Below are positions 10,535-24,196 of a stretch of DNA of 64,000 nucleotides, in pieces. The DNA lies in the NCBI RefSeq assembly GCF_964213995.1, contig NC_135813.1, positions 14,074,001-14,138,000 of the forward strand, given 5' to 3'. The position numbers and the translations under genes were made by a program. Source of the DNA: Mustelus asterias. Lineage: Eukaryota. The notes under the pieces were generated by a model. That model was not told where the DNA came from. It saw nothing but the letters and a program-made list of their open reading frames with translations, and did not search any database. Each line of letters begins with the position of its first letter. Within the stretch, counting starts at the first letter, position 1.

Positions 10535-13400
10535 CAGAACCATAGAAAAGTTTTGGTAGATTAAGAGGCCATTCAGTCCATCGTGTCTGTGCCAGCCAAA
10601 AAAAGAGAAAAAGAAAACTAGCTGCTCAATTTAATCCCATTTTCCAGCACTTGGTCCGTAGCCTTGCAGGTTACAGCACTTCAGATTCAGGTCCAGGTAC
10701 CTTTTAAATCAGGTAAGCATTTTAGCTTCAACCCCAAGTTAGGCAGTGAATTCCAGATGCCCACCACTTTCTGGGTGAAAAAGGTTTTCCTCATCTCCCA
10801 TCTAAACCTTCCAACATTCCCTTAAATCTATATCCCCTGGTAACAGACCCCTAGCTAGAGGAAATAAGTTTTCTGACCTAACCCTCACATTCTTTTTAAA
10901 TAATGGTACAATGTTTGTAGACCTCCAATCCTCTGGTGCCTCACCTGTATCTAGTGAAGACTGGATCCTCAAAGCATCCGTTATTTCCTCCCTGGTTTCC
11001 TTCAACAGCCTGGGGTACAATCCAGCTGGGCCCAGTGATTTATCCATCTTCAAAGATGCCAGTCCTTCCAGTACTTTCTCTCTCACTATGCTTATTGTAT
11101 CTATTATTTCACACTCTTCCCCTTTAACTAGAATGTCTGAATCACCTTGCTCTTTCATGAATGCAGAGACAAAGTACTCATTAAGAACCGTGCCCACATC
11201 TTCTGAATCAACCCACAAGTTACCATGTATATCTCTGATAGGCCCTACCTTTCCCTTTGTTATTCTCTTGCTCTTCATGTATTGGTAAAACATTTTAGGA
11301 TTTTTTTTCGATTTTACCTGCCAATATTTTTCATATTCACTCTTTGCTTTTCTAATTTCCATTTTTACTTCATGCTGTGCTTTCTATACTCCTCTAGGTT
11401 TACTACAGCATTAAGACTTTAGTGACTTTCACAAGCTTTCCATTTCTGATTTGTCTTGGCCTATATGCTTCTGGAAAACAGGAGGCTCTAGATTTGGCAG
11501 TACCACCCTTTTTCTTTGTGGGGACATGTCTACATTGTACCCATAGGATTTCACCTTTGAATGCCTCCTGGTGCTTTCACACAGTTTGTCCTTCTAATAG
11601 TTGTATCCAGTCCATTTTTGCCAGCTCATCTCTCAGCTTCGTAAAATTTGTCTTCCCAAATGTAGAAACTGTTCGATAGAACTCTTGTTCTATTTTTTAT
11701 CCTTTTCCATAATGATGCTAAATCTATTGTAGTCACTAGGCGGGATTCTCCGGTCATGTGCGCCCCAAGACCGGAAATTCCCCAACGATTCCCATGGCGG
11801 GCGAGAATGATCCCCACTGCTACTTCATCCACTTGACCAGCTTCATTTCCTAAGACTAAATCTACTATTGAACCCCCTCTCATTGAGCTTGTTATATGTT
11901 GGCTAATAACATTCTCTTGAATGCAGTTCAAGAATTTTGTGACCTCTATACCCATAACACTGTTCATATCCTGACTGATATTAGGGTAGTTGAAGACCCC
12001 ATCGATTACTGCCCTGTGTATTTCTTTTAACTCCCTTCCACTATTTAGGGATCTCTCCTAGCAATATGGCTGCCCTTTTTTTATTTCTGAGCTCAACCCA
12101 TATGGCCTCATTTGATGCTTCACTTAATATATCATCCCTCCTCGCAGCTGTAATTGTTTCTTTAACCAATAATGCTACACCTTCACCTTTTTTATCCCAC
12201 TCCCTATCCTGCCTGAAAACTCTATATCCAGGAATGTTGAGCTGCCATTTTTGCCTCTCCTTAAGCCAAGTTTCCGTTATAGAGATGATATCATGCTGCC
12301 ATGTGTCTATCTGTGCCCTCAGCTCATCAGCTTTATTTACTATGCTCCTTGTATTTACATATATGCATTTTCACACTTCCAAATTCCTGTGGTGTACACT
12401 TTTTAACCCATGCTGCTTCTGTTTATCAGGGTCACTCACTAATTCTCCATCTCCTGTTCCATGCTCTGAATTTGTCCTCAGGTTCTCATCCCCTTGCCAA
12501 TCTAGTTTAAACCACTCCTAACTGCACTGGCAAATCTCCCTGTGAGGGTATTCATCCCCGTCCTTGTACAGGTCCCACCTTCCCCAGAACCAGTCCCAAT
12601 GCCACAGAAATCTGATGCCCTCCCTCCTACACCAGCTTTCCAGCCACATGTTTAATCGCTCAGTTTTTCTGTTTATATACTCACCTGTATGTGGGAATGG
12701 GAGTAATTCTGAGATTACTGCTTTAGAGGTCCTGTTTTTCAATCTCTTTCCTAGCTCTCTAGAGTCTGCTTTCAGGACCTCATTCCCTTTCCTACCTAAG
12801 TCACTGGTACCAATGTGGATCACGACCTTTATCTGTTCACCCTCCCCCAGAAAACTGTCCTGTAGCTACTCTGAAATATCCTTGACCCTGGCACTAGAGA
12901 GGCTACATACTATCCTGGAGTCATGTCTATGGCCACCGAAAGGCCTGTCTGTTTCCCTAACTAACAAATCCCCTATTACAACTGCTCTTCCTCTTTTCTT
13001 CCTCCCTTCCTGCACAGCCTGTGGTGCCACAAACTTCGCTCTGACTGCACTCCTCCTTCAAATTCTGTATCCAAAACAGAAAATTGATTGCTGAGCAGGA
13101 CCCCAGGGGACTCCTGCACTACCTGCCTGGTTTCTTGGACTGCCTACGGTCATCCATTCCCTTTAGGCTTCCAGGTTCCTCAGTTGCAGTGTGATCACCT
13201 CTCTGAATGTGCTGTCCACGTGGTTGTCAGCCTTGCAGATGCGCCACAGTGATTGCAACCGCCGCTCGAGCTCCGAAGCACGGAATTCGAGATTCTGCAG
13301 CTGGTGACATTTCCTGCACGTGTGGTCGTCTAGGACACCAGGAGCATCTACGACTCCCCGCGTGCTACAAAAGACACATTCCACACAACATCTCTACTAA
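10535..13400 (-). mobile_element. Old CR1 LINE covering ORF1 to 3' tail, with internal deletions
   Basis: ORF1 Cys-rich region (CVFC, CRKC) at 13163-13384; ORF1 SGNH esterase (IHIGTSD, WLESWCRREG) at 12518-12823; endonuclease (VDLVLGNE) near 11800-12300; linker PEDWRSTNIVPLFKK near 10900. The RT core is deleted. Confidence 0.9.
11738..11815. mobile_element. Small Harbinger-type MITE nested in CR1
   Basis: AGGCGGGATTCTC at the left and GAGAATGATCCCC at the right, flanked by 3-bp ACT on both sides. Confidence 0.6.
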
Positions 13401-13989
13401 CTACAACTTAAATTCTACTTATACTCTACAAATGACTCAACTCTCCCAGAATCGCATAAAATGCCTTGTTTCAGAAAATTTTCAAGCATCTCTATGAAAA
13501 TTCTATGAAGTTCAATCTGTGCCTGTCCTAATTATAAATTATGTTTATTCCATGTTTTCTGAAGGAGCTAAAGTAGAATAATATTCAAAATTTTCATTAA
13601 GTGTCTATTTCACATATTCATTACTTCTTTAAACTGTCTTCAAATCTTCAGCCTCACCTGATGGTGGGTAAAAATCAATAGGTGTCCCTTCTAAACCCAT
13701 AGTATAAATTTATATCTTAAAACGTTACCCTCCATTTATCTATTCTCCTCTACTACCGTGCCACCTCTGATCGCTCTGTAAAGTTCTTGAATGTGTCATT
13801 GTCTCCCAATTCAATGGACAATTCTCCTTTGGAATCCTTTTTTTTTCTATTTTGCTCTTCTCGGAGCACTGAGATTGCTCTGATCAAAGTTACAAACAGT
13901 GCCGGGTAGAGCGTTTCCTACCTTGCACAGAATGCAACGTTTGATGCAGATCGTGCAATCCTTCTCCATCCCCTCTCCCTTGCATGATT

Positions 13990-14270
13990 CAACTTCTACC
14001 TATCTAAATGCAGCTACCACATCTCCAATAATGGCTTTTCATCCCACCACTGCATGGTACCTCGAAAGTCCTTGGCCCCTCCCTTTCCTCATCTGCGTCG
14101 GGTTATCTCTAAAACATATGTCAATGACAGCTAGCCTTATCTCTCCACTATCTCCCTTGATTGCTCCATGTTGTAGGATTGGCTGTCCAATATCAAATCA
14201 TGTAAACCTTGTTCAAATGAATATCTTGAAAGCTAATGCCATTGATTTCAATCCCTCATCATAAATTCTA
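13990..14270 (+). mobile_element. L2-like LINE RT fragment
   Basis: Pyrimidine-rich, decayed PQGSVLGPLLFLI-like region. Confidence 0.4.
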
Positions 14271-14684
14271 CTCTGTTACTGCAGGTTCTCACCCACATCT
14301 GCAACAACCTCCCATCCCCGAGCCTTAATTCATCAATGCCTTTTTCTCTTTATATTAAATGATATTACTTACTGCATTATATGGATATTAAAACATGAAA
14401 AGATTCATCAGAATTATTCTATTGATGTCACTGGATCGTGTGGTCTTATCCTGAACATATTCCTGCATATCTTTCTTTAAAACTTGTACATTAAAATTAT
14501 CTTACACATTTAACTGCCCAATTAGAGAAATAGAATTCTAGCTCTGACTGAATTTAGAACTTCTGTTAATTATGTTGTACAATGTTCAAACATGGCTGTT
14601 CTGTTTTGATTCTTGTTTTAGTATTAGTATTTAGTGTTATCTGTGAGGATATATCATGATTGTCATTTTGTTTTTGTGCTCATA

Positions 14685-14888
14685 GGGTGGGATTTTCCAC
14701 GCCCCCTGCAGCGTGTTTCACGGCGGCGGAGGTAGCCCGCCACTAGCCAGTGGCGGATCTTCTGATCCCACCGCTGTCAGCTAGGTTTCCCATTCTATGC
14801 AGCCCCCACTACTGGGAACCCGTGGCGAGGTTAGCCATCGGCAAGACTGGAAGATCCAGCTAGTGAGAACAGTGAAAAGATTCTGGCC
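14685..14888. mobile_element. Harbinger/Tourist-like MITE
   Basis: GGGTGGGATTTTCC at the left and AAAAGATTCTGGCC at the right, with 3-bp TSD ATA (14682-14684, 14889-14891). Confidence 0.75.
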
Positions 14889-16026
14889 ATAGTGTTATTG
14901 TACCTGTGATTTAATAAACATTGATAATAAGTTAGGAAAAGTAAGAACAAAGAAACCTTCAGAGCAATTTGTAGGGTCAATCAAATAACAATGTATTATT
15001 CGCAGATGGAATTAAGCAAACATTTTTCAAGTTTCATAACTAAACATTATTTTGTAAGATATAAATATCGCTTTTGCATTAGTCTTTTGCTTGCAGACTT
15101 AGCTGCTGAAGATTCAGATTGCAGAATGAAAAATAAATTTGCTATATTGAATCAGTCTAATGTGTAATAAATCTATATAACAAAATGCAAAAGGATAAAA
15201 ATCCAACAAAAATGTGAATAGAATAAAGCAAAGAAATAAGAGTTAATGCAACAGCAAAAATGAGCAGAAAGTGCAGGCTCGTTAGTTACAAATGAGAGCA
15301 TCTAGCTATGGAACACTCACTCTTAGGACCACATGGAGTAACAGAGCTGAAAATAGTCATTTCCCACATGCCCTTGTTAAAGTAAATGTAAATGTATTAC
15401 CAGACTGTACTCTTTGAAAATCCGCATTTATAGATATAAATATTATCTCAAGAGCACTCTTTATTAAAATTTCAATGTGTTTTGAATGCCAGAGTAGTGA
15501 CAGACACTTCACTTTTTTTTTACAATATTGAAAACATTTGCTGCAAAGGTAATGGTGGAATAAGGATGTAAAGAAACCTGGTAATATGAATTCCACTTAA
15601 CACATAGTGCTCCACAAAAACAAGCAGTGTGTCAAATGTATGCTTTTCATACAAAATATGAGTATTTACTCAAGGTATACCTCATCCTGTAACACTCAAG
15701 ATTCCTTTTTTGGAATACTGTAAACGAAATCCAAATACAAATATTGCTTATTTTTAAGTGTAGCTTCCAAAATTACATTCTAAACATGATTATAAACATA
15801 CTTTGACTTTAAAATACTTAAACTTTCCAGAGGGGTTTTAAATTCTTTTGAAAAATGTTGCCATCATAATACAGTAGAAGCAGGTGTTTAACAGTCTTTC
15901 ATGAAAGAAAAAATAGTTCAAAAAATGTGGAAATAATTATAATCTTATATACTGGATAAGTTTTCAAATGTTCAGAGGGTCTCATGAAGAGGTTCTGTGT
16001 CTTGCATGGTTGAACATTTAACAGTT

Positions 16027-18084
16027 TGTTGATAACACATAACTATGTACATTTATACAGAGTGTAGCCGAAACTATGAACTAAATCCATGCTTGTTTCT
16101 ACTCAGGTCTCTGTCCAGTCCACAACTCTCTCTAGTCTCAGGTCATGTGTCTCTTTACATTACACTGTGGGTGGTACAGTTTCCCAGTCTCACATAAACT
16201 CTTGCTATGCCAGATGCCCTTATGTTATACCTCCCCTGAAGTCTCTATCTAACATATTGACTCCTTCCATTTTGCGCAAGTATATAGTAGGAGGTCTGCC
16301 TTGAAGAATGAAGAAGAGGTTCCTCCTGATAGTATCTTCCAATGTATGGATAAGGAGAGTCACCTACAATGTACGTATGACTAGGAGCATGATGCTATCT
16401 GCTCCATAGAATCATAATATCCCTACAGTGGAAAAGGAGGCCATTCAGCCCATCAAGCCTGCATCAACAACAGTCTCACCCAGACCCTATCCCTGTTACC
16501 CCACATGTTTACCCTGCTAATCCTCCTGACACTAAGGGGCAATTTAGCTTGGCTAATCAACCTAACCCGCACATCTTTGGGGATGATACTTTGATGATAC
16601 CTTTGGAGATGTACACCATACTGGTGTGTTATGGGTGGCATCAGGAGTTGTGTCACCAAGCATGGTTCCTCATCTGAGAGGGCCATAATGTCCAGTTTGA
16701 AGTTGGTAAGGGGACCATTTACTGAGATGTCCACATTCCAAAAAGAGAACCCAGTATCCCTGACCTCAACCAAGATGCACGGTTGGGTCTCTGCTTGTGT
16801 GATAGTCGATCTCATGGATTGTCTTGGGATGCTCCATCCATCCAGGTCTCTTAGCTTTGCATAGCTTTCCAAAGTGATGCAGGTGGCTGCAATTGAAACA
16901 CTGCATGGAGATTGCTGCACAATACTCTTGATTGTGAAATCTTTTGACTACAGCACAGACATGGTCACCCACTCATGGTTGATATGGGCATTGCCTCCCT
17001 TGGCCTAGCTGGACAGTTGGTCTGGACTATGGCTTGATTTTACCATGTAAAATGGATTGGTGCTCCTGGTGGATTTCAGATTGTCTGACTAGTTGGATGG
17101 CCTTTTCGAGAGTTGGATCTTACTTGGCCTGTAGTATGTCTAAAAGGGCATTGTCAGCCACTCCAGCAACAACTCTTTCCACTATGAGTTCTGATTTAAG
17201 GTCACTGTAGCTACAGCCTTTAGCCAATCTGTATAATTCATTCATAAAAGTCAAATGATTCACCAGACTGTTGGGACACAATTCTTTTGAATTTTGCTCT
17301 CTCCAAAATGTTGTTTCTTTAAATTAAAATATGCTGCAAATGATTTTAGAACTTCATCAAATTTATCCAAGGATTTGTTTTGCCTCACAATAATATTACC
17401 GATAATTGGATACACTGAATAAAGTGGTGTATTTACATGTTCATCTTCTGTCTTTTTGTCTAATCTTGAAGCTATTATGTATCTTAAAAATCTTTTCTAC
17501 CAAGTCCACAATTTTCTGTTTGATCTGGGCCTTTGATCAGTCCAATTGATCTGGCAATGTTGATTTGTTGTCCATGGTTTCTTTAAAGTTCAAGGGAGTA
17601 CAGCTTTAAATGTTGTGCAAGTTTTAAAGATGGTGCCACAGTGACTGCAGTGACCATTCTTCAAACAATCATCTCGTACTTGTACCATTTGGTGGGCTCC
17701 TGAGATGATATTGGTCCCAATCTCTTTGTCTTTAGTTTTTTGCAGTGTTTTACTCAATCAACAATTCTGGGCCTACCCTGCAGTATCTGAGGATTTTCAG
17801 GTATTTTACAATCAATTCCCAGCTTGGCTAAGGTTTTCATACATTCTGCTTCTATTGATTACACGTGGTATGGCACTGACTCTGAACCCGGCTGACCGTG
17901 ATGATCGATAACACATAGCTTGAGCTATACCCCGTATGTACGTACATAGTTATGAGCTAACTCCATGCTTGCTTCTACCCAGGTCTCTGTCCATCTGCAA
18001 CTCACTCTCGTCTCAGATCACTGTGGGTGGTACTGTTTCCCAGTCCCACATTAACTCTTGCTATGCCAGATACCCTATACTACA
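16027..18084 (-). mobile_element. Internally deleted Gypsy LTR retrotransposon with both LTRs
   Basis: Diverged direct repeats at about 16027-16229 and 17903-18084 share ACTGTGGGTGGTAC and AACTCTTGCTATGCCAGAT. PPT AGGGGAGG at 16230-16237. Protease-like remnant VNGPLTNFKLD near 16700. Confidence 0.75.
16407..16582 (-). mobile_element. HE1-type V-SINE 3' part
   Basis: CAAAGATGTGCGGGTTAGGTTGATT..GCTAAATTGCCCCTTAGTG core with a CR1-like tail; homologous to 33935-34227. Confidence 0.8.
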
Positions 18085-18092
18085 CATGAAAG

Positions 18093-18843
18093 TGTTAGGG
18101 ACCAGATCAGAAACCCCAAGGTACATGATGAAGTTAGACTAGACCCCAACTATTTGTTTTATTTAGCATTAGTATGAGGATAAGATGTTTCACTCCAGGT
18201 GTGATTCTATTGATGCACTAGGAAGCTATTATCAAAACAAACTTTATTTAACAATTCAGTTAAACTTTTACTAATTGAAATATTTAAACATGACAAAGTA
18301 CAATTCCTAACTGCTAACCTATCTCCAATTTAAGTAATGTTCTCCATAGACTTAAATTCCTCTTCAAAACCATTTACCAAACAACACAGGTTAATGAGTT
18401 TTTTTTAACTTATTAATAGTCCGAGAGCCTTTGAACACCCTTGAAGAGAGAGCGACAGACCTATGTCTCTTCACAGGTCCCAAACAACAGCCTACAGAGA
18501 GGGAGAAAGACCACTGGCTTCTTTCAGGATCAAGCAAAAACTAAACTGTTTTTCCCTGTAGGCTTAGCTCCGCCCATTCACCTGACCCTATCTCTTGTCA
18601 ATCAACCTAATTAAACCCTACCCTGAACTCCCAGGGAAAAAACCCCAAAAATAAACAAAATGCATTTGCTCACATTAAAACAAACACCCCATTATCTAGG
18701 ATCAATTATTCTCCTGCATTCTCAGCATAAACCTCCTTGGTTTTCCGACAGATCAGCACCAGGTAACCAGAGCTGAATTTTAAACATACTCCTCATAAGA
18801 AACATGATATAAATACATTCCTTAAAGGCACAGTATTGTTACA
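18093..18843 (-). mobile_element. Solo LTR (about 750 bp)
   Basis: TG...CA termini (TGTAACAATACTGTGCCTTTAAG to GGTCCCTAACA on minus) with an AATAAAGTTTGTTTTGAT poly(A) region. Similar to 30230-30960. TSD not confirmed. Confidence 0.65.
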
Positions 18844-20300
18844 TGAGTACCCTTTTAAATATTACTTCTGTGGATCTAAGAAACCAAGCCCACTAGTCTT
18901 CATTGCTGGGTTGGGTGCTGGGCAAGGCTCCTGTGATTTTGTGTTAAAATGGTATTGAGGTCCTACTTGTATCATAGGACCTGACTTGCAATTATTAATG
19001 AGCTCCTGGTAGGCACCTTGACCACCTGCAAAAAACTGCAGTTAAAATGGCAGCTGGCAAATGGCTCTCTCTGACAATTTTAACGATCCCTTCCACCCTT
19101 GCAAGGGAGCCTGGGGTAAAATCACACCAAAATGACAAAATAAATGCCTCTGTTGTGAGTCATTTTATAGTCAGTTTATCAAAGCCAGTAAAGTAAATAT
19201 ATATATTTTTATTGTCATCGCATATCGCTAACATACGTTATAGATAAAGGAAGGGAAAAAATCTTTATGCAAAAATGTGAGGTTGTGCAATGGTTGTCAA
19301 CTGTATTTGATAATAAACTGCACAATGTACCACAGAGGATCTCCAGCTTGTTTAGCCAAGGTTAATTGACATTCAGATCATCCTCTCCTTACCTCCAGCG
19401 AGTTGGTTCTTTTTATCAGACATCAAAAGCCTGTGTACTCTGAGCTCCTTAAGCACGGCACTGATCTACGGACATAACATCTGCATGTGCAAAGAAACTG
19501 AGGAGGGACAGACAACTGAGCAGATGTCACAGGGAAAAGAGCTATCCTGGGAGTCAAATGGACGAGCATAAAACACAGGGACTTGACCTAGCTCAACATT
19601 AGGCAACAATGTACAAAAAATCATTCTAACTAGATTTCACACCTGACTGCACAAACATAAATTTAGTTATCAGGGGTTAATTGCATACTAAGGCACAAAA
19701 AGCCAACCAGACAGACTCCATTAAAAAGGAATTATAATTACAAGCCATTTACACATGGTCAGTGCCTGTAGCCAGCTCTATAATACCGGTGGCAAAACAT
19801 ACGCTCTTATTTGGAATATGTTCAAAAGCAAAAACAAAGCCAAAAATCAAGTTGGTCACAAATATGCGTACACCATAGACTGATATGTAATGTTAGAAGA
19901 ACATAGTCAAGAACATAAAATTGAAACAACTAGGAAAAATATATCAACTCACATTAGCAATAATTTAATTCGTTTGGGACAGAGTTACAATCCATTAGAG
20001 CCCTAATCCTCATGTCACAGAGTGAGATGATTATTGCTCCAATCCCCTCTCTGTTCAGTTTCCAACCTGAATTGCACCAGCCGGGACAAATCAAAGTGGA
20101 GCCTGTTAATTTTTCAGCCAGAGAAAGAAAGATCAGAACAGAATTAAAGTCAGTTACATTGGGACACCTGTGGTTGTCTGGGAGTAGGTTATTTGTCCAT
20201 GCTGTCAGCAGTGTAGGCATGAAGGCCAGACAGAGTAAGAAACAGAAACACTCCCGCTCCTCCCCCCCCAACCGCATGTTTTCCAATAGTCGTCTTCAGT

Positions 20301-20372
20301 GGGGCTGGAAAATCCCACTGGTGGGAGGGGCTGGAAAATCCCACTGGTGGGAAGGGCTGGAAAATCCTGCCC
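20301..20372. repeat. 26-bp tandem repeat (about 2.8 copies) built from a MITE terminus
   Basis: GGGGCTGGAAAATCCCACTGGTGGGA twice, then AGGGCTGGAAAATCCTGCCC. Confidence 0.85.
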
Positions 20373-20639
20373 CACATATCTATATGCCACTGAAGGTTCA
20401 TTTTTAAAATCACTTCTTGCTCTTAATAGCAAGTACTAAGTGCACTTTTTAATTTTAACTTTATGCCATATTTGTATTTTTTGATATACAATGCTCATAT
20501 GCAGAAATTTATTCTAACAAAAAACCTGGTAACGTACAGAAAAATGAACATTTCTTCATGCTTATTGTTCTTTGAATAAAACTTGGCAACAGAAGATCTG
20601 GTACATAGCCAATACAGATGATGATGGTTTTGCCAACAA

Positions 20640-21235
20640 AACAAACTGCATTTATATAAGAACTTCTAATGTAGTAAAACCTCCAAAGGTGCTTAACAGA
20701 AATGTTATCAGGTAAAATTTGATACCAAGCCAAAAGGTAAATTATTAGGACAAATGACCAAATACTTAGTCAAATAGAGAGATTTTAAACAGCTTCTTAA
20801 AGGGGAAAGGAGAGGTTTAGGGAGAGAATTCCAGTGCTTGGGCCATAAGTAGTTGAAGGCACAGCCGCTGGTGATGGAGTGGAGGAAATTGGCAATGCAC
20901 AATAGGCCAGAAATGAAGAAAGACAGAGTGGTTCCTAGGGCTGGAACTTGTTATAGAGATAGGAAGAGATAAGGCAACGGAGGGATTTGAACACAAAATG
21001 ATAGAATTTTAAATGCTGTTCGACTGGGAGGCAATGTAAGTCAAAGGTGATGGGAGAACCGGACTTGATCCAGGTTAGGATACAGGCAGTTGGGTTTTGG
21101 ACGAATCCAAGTTCATAGAGGATGGAAGGTAGGAGGCCACCTGGGACAGCATTGGGATTGTAGAGTTTGGAGGTAATGAAAGGATGGATGAGGATTTTAG
21201 CAGCAGATGGGCTGAGGCAGAGACGGGCGATATGA
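20640..21235 (-). mobile_element. L2-like LINE 3' portion
   Basis: On the + strand begins AACTGCATTTATATA, the reverse complement of an L2-type 3' end, followed by a purine-rich decayed ORF2 end (GGAGAGAATTCCAG). Confidence 0.65.
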
Positions 21236-22073
21236 AGAAATGGCTTCCTTAATGATTGAACACAATCTGTTTAATATCTTGAAGCTGAAGTTGGAAAAAT
21301 TCTCATGCTCTGCAGCACTACAAAGCAGGCGGAAAGAAAGCTTGATAAGATTTCAAAACCTTACGGGACAAAATAAATAGCTTATAAAGGCAACAAAATG
21401 TTGACATAGCTTAATAACACGTCTGCTGCAGGTGTACCTGGGGAAAAGCAAAACCACATAATTCCATTGAAATCAGAAATTCATTTAAATAAGCTTCTGT
21501 TTTGCTTCCAAAACACAGAAATGTGCAGTTATTTAACACCATTCTCAAATGAAGTTCTGGAAGGCAATCTCCTACAGATTCTTGTTTGACAATTGTTTTA
21601 CATCGTTTGCAATGCTGTTGGGGGTGATTTCATTCGATAAATATTGAAAACTCAACAATAATTGAGATCTTTCTGTAAGTAGCCGAATTAAATTTTTACT
21701 TATTGCAACTAGGTTATCTGCTCGGTTTTTCTGGTTCCACAGTGGCCTAGCCAGCGCGACTTAAAGGGAATGCTGGAGGCTGCAAAAGACCAGTTTAAAC
21801 TTACCTTACTGTGGATTCAGAAAAGGCAGAACACTGCACCCGGCTTCACAGCAACATTGCAGGTTTCTACTGGCCTGAGTCTGTCTCCCTTTCCCCACAG
21901 ACATATCTGCAGGTCACCTCTGCACAGGACCAGGCAGATCTTCCAGGGTGCCACAACTAGCAAGCTCTCCTGTTTTCCATCCTGTCACAGACCTTCCCTT
22001 ATGTTCTTTCCTCCCCTGGCCCTTTGCCTGTCTCTGTACTTCTAAAGGCCTCTGACATCATTATTTTTTTCCC

Positions 22074-22330
22074 AGTACTGATGAAAGATCATTGACCTGA
22101 AACATTAACTTTAGGCAGGATTTTCCATCCCAGCCCACTGCTGGGGTCATCCGGTCTCACCGAATGTCAATGAGCTTTTGGCTGGGCCTCTAAATCCCCT
22201 GCAGCCAGTTCCACCACAACGGGGCCACAAAATCCCAACTTTTGTTTCTCTGTCCATAGGACGGCCTGACTAACTGAGTGTTTGCAGCATTTTTTATTTT
22301 TATTAAAATTTTCCAACATCTGCATCATTT
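22074..22330 (+). mobile_element. Family-2 hammerhead repeat split by a Harbinger MITE (about 22113-22238)
   Basis: CTGATGAAAGATCATTGACCTGAAACATTAACT, then a MITE (GGCAGGATTTTCC to AAAATCCCAAC), then the rest of the repeat body. Confidence 0.65.
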
Positions 22331-23039
22331 TGTTTTCACTGAGTTGTGTTGGGATTCCAATTGGCATCTGGAAATGAGGACCAAAATCCAATTTCCAGTA
22401 AACCTTGAGCCTTCATCTTTGTGTTTGCATTACAGGAGTGCTGCCCCTTCATGGCAGTTTTCAGCAATATATCAGTTCTCCAGCAATTGATTACCATACA
22501 ATAGTATATTTTATCCATTTTCAACTGATCATACTTCATATTTTCTCCGTTGCTACTGGTTCAGCAGTATCTCAATTTTTTCCACCATCTCATCTAATTG
22601 CCCATACATGTAAAACTTTAATTAAAATATTAATGTATTCTTTGGTACTGCTGGTGACTGCCAGATTGGTGATTGATAAAATGGGATTGTGAATACTGAA
22701 TGCAGAAAAAAAATGTGCTTGTTGGTCTAAAGGTCACCTCTGCACTGAATCTATTATCTGTAAACAGTTTGTCCTGAATTGGACTATGACTGCAGAAGAA
22801 TAATGGTGCCAAGCCAATTTCATAATCTACAAGTTATGAACAATGTATAAAAGAATTGAGTCTGATTATGTATAGGAAAATGTCATCAAATGGTTGTGGT
22901 AACTTTCCAAAATAAAACTCTCCCTTAAGCATTACAGAAAATATTACTATTATATTTGAGCCATTGTTCCATATTATTTTTATTTAAAATAAACAAAACT
23001 CACTGCACATAATAAAAAATAACTAAAGCTACGGGAACA

Positions 23040-23770
23040 AGTTGGGAAAATAGAATTGAGGTACAAAATTAGCCATAATCTTACAGAATGGCACAGCAGG
23101 CTCATGGGGTCATATTGCATATTCCTGCTATTTTTTTAAATTCTTATGTTCTTAAGCTCTGTCTCTCTGTTGGGGGTAGTGGGGGGAAATAAAAATTTCA
23201 GAAGCTCTCCATCTTCAAAATAATAAAATCAGAACTCATTAAAAACCTTTAAGAAATAGAAGTACAAGTCGGCTGTACAGCCCAATGAGCCTACTCTGCC
23301 ACACAATACAGTCATTGATGATGTTCTACCCTAACAATACCTTTTTAAAATTCTTTCATGGGATACGGGCACCATTGGGTAAGGCCAGAATTTGTTAACT
23401 TGCCTAACTGCCCTTGAGAAAGTGGTGGTGAGCTGTCTTCTTGAACCACTGCAATCCATGTGGTGTAGTTACATCCACAGTGCTCTTAGGAAGTTCCAGG
23501 TTTGTGACTCAGGATTGTCCCCAATTGTCTTAATTCCCTCAATATCCAAAAATCTATCAATCCATCTTGGATATACTCAACAATTGAACATCTGTAGTTC
23601 TTTGGGGTACAGGACTCCATTAATTCACAACATCCTGAGTGAAGAAATTTCTCCTCAGACTGTTTTGAACTCCCCAGTCAGGGGAAAAAATCTTCCCACC
23701 ATCTGGCTTATCAATCCCCTTAAGAATTTTTAAAGTTTCAATGAGATCACCTCTCAGTATTCTAAACTCA
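23040..23770. mobile_element. Cluster of decayed CR1 3' fragments on both strands, including a family-B tail
   Basis: RGDLIETLKILKGIDK and RRNFFTQ on minus, plus CR1 tail motifs. Confidence 0.65.
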
Positions 23771-24196
23771 TAAAAAAATAGTTGGTTTGCATTACAAATG
23801 GGAGAGGTTTGAGCAACATTCAGATGTTTACTACAATACATGACATTTTATCAGGTTGGAATTGAAACAAATAGTTAAGTTAATATGAAATCTGAAGAGT
23901 CTCAGAGCACTTTGTACACATTATTATAGCTAATGCAACAACATGAGAATATTTAAGTATCAAAACTGTACTCTAGATATTTAAACCACTTAGGACAAAG
24001 GAAGAGAAACAACATAATTAAAACTGCAAAATCTAAAAAAGATTTGTGTTTACTGCATATGGTCCCTTTTAGCCTGAGGATATTCTAAATAGCGTTACAG
24101 AATGAATTACGATTGAAAGCGCTGTTATGTAAGTAGATTGCAAGGGCCAACAAGAAGCAACTGAGATAAGCGACCAATTGCTCTGTTTTGGTTCAA

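Noticed and set aside
18089-18847. TSDs for the solo LTR and for the 16.0-18.1 kb LTR element
   Set aside because: The flanks do not match convincingly (AAAG versus TGAG for the solo LTR), so no TSD is claimed.
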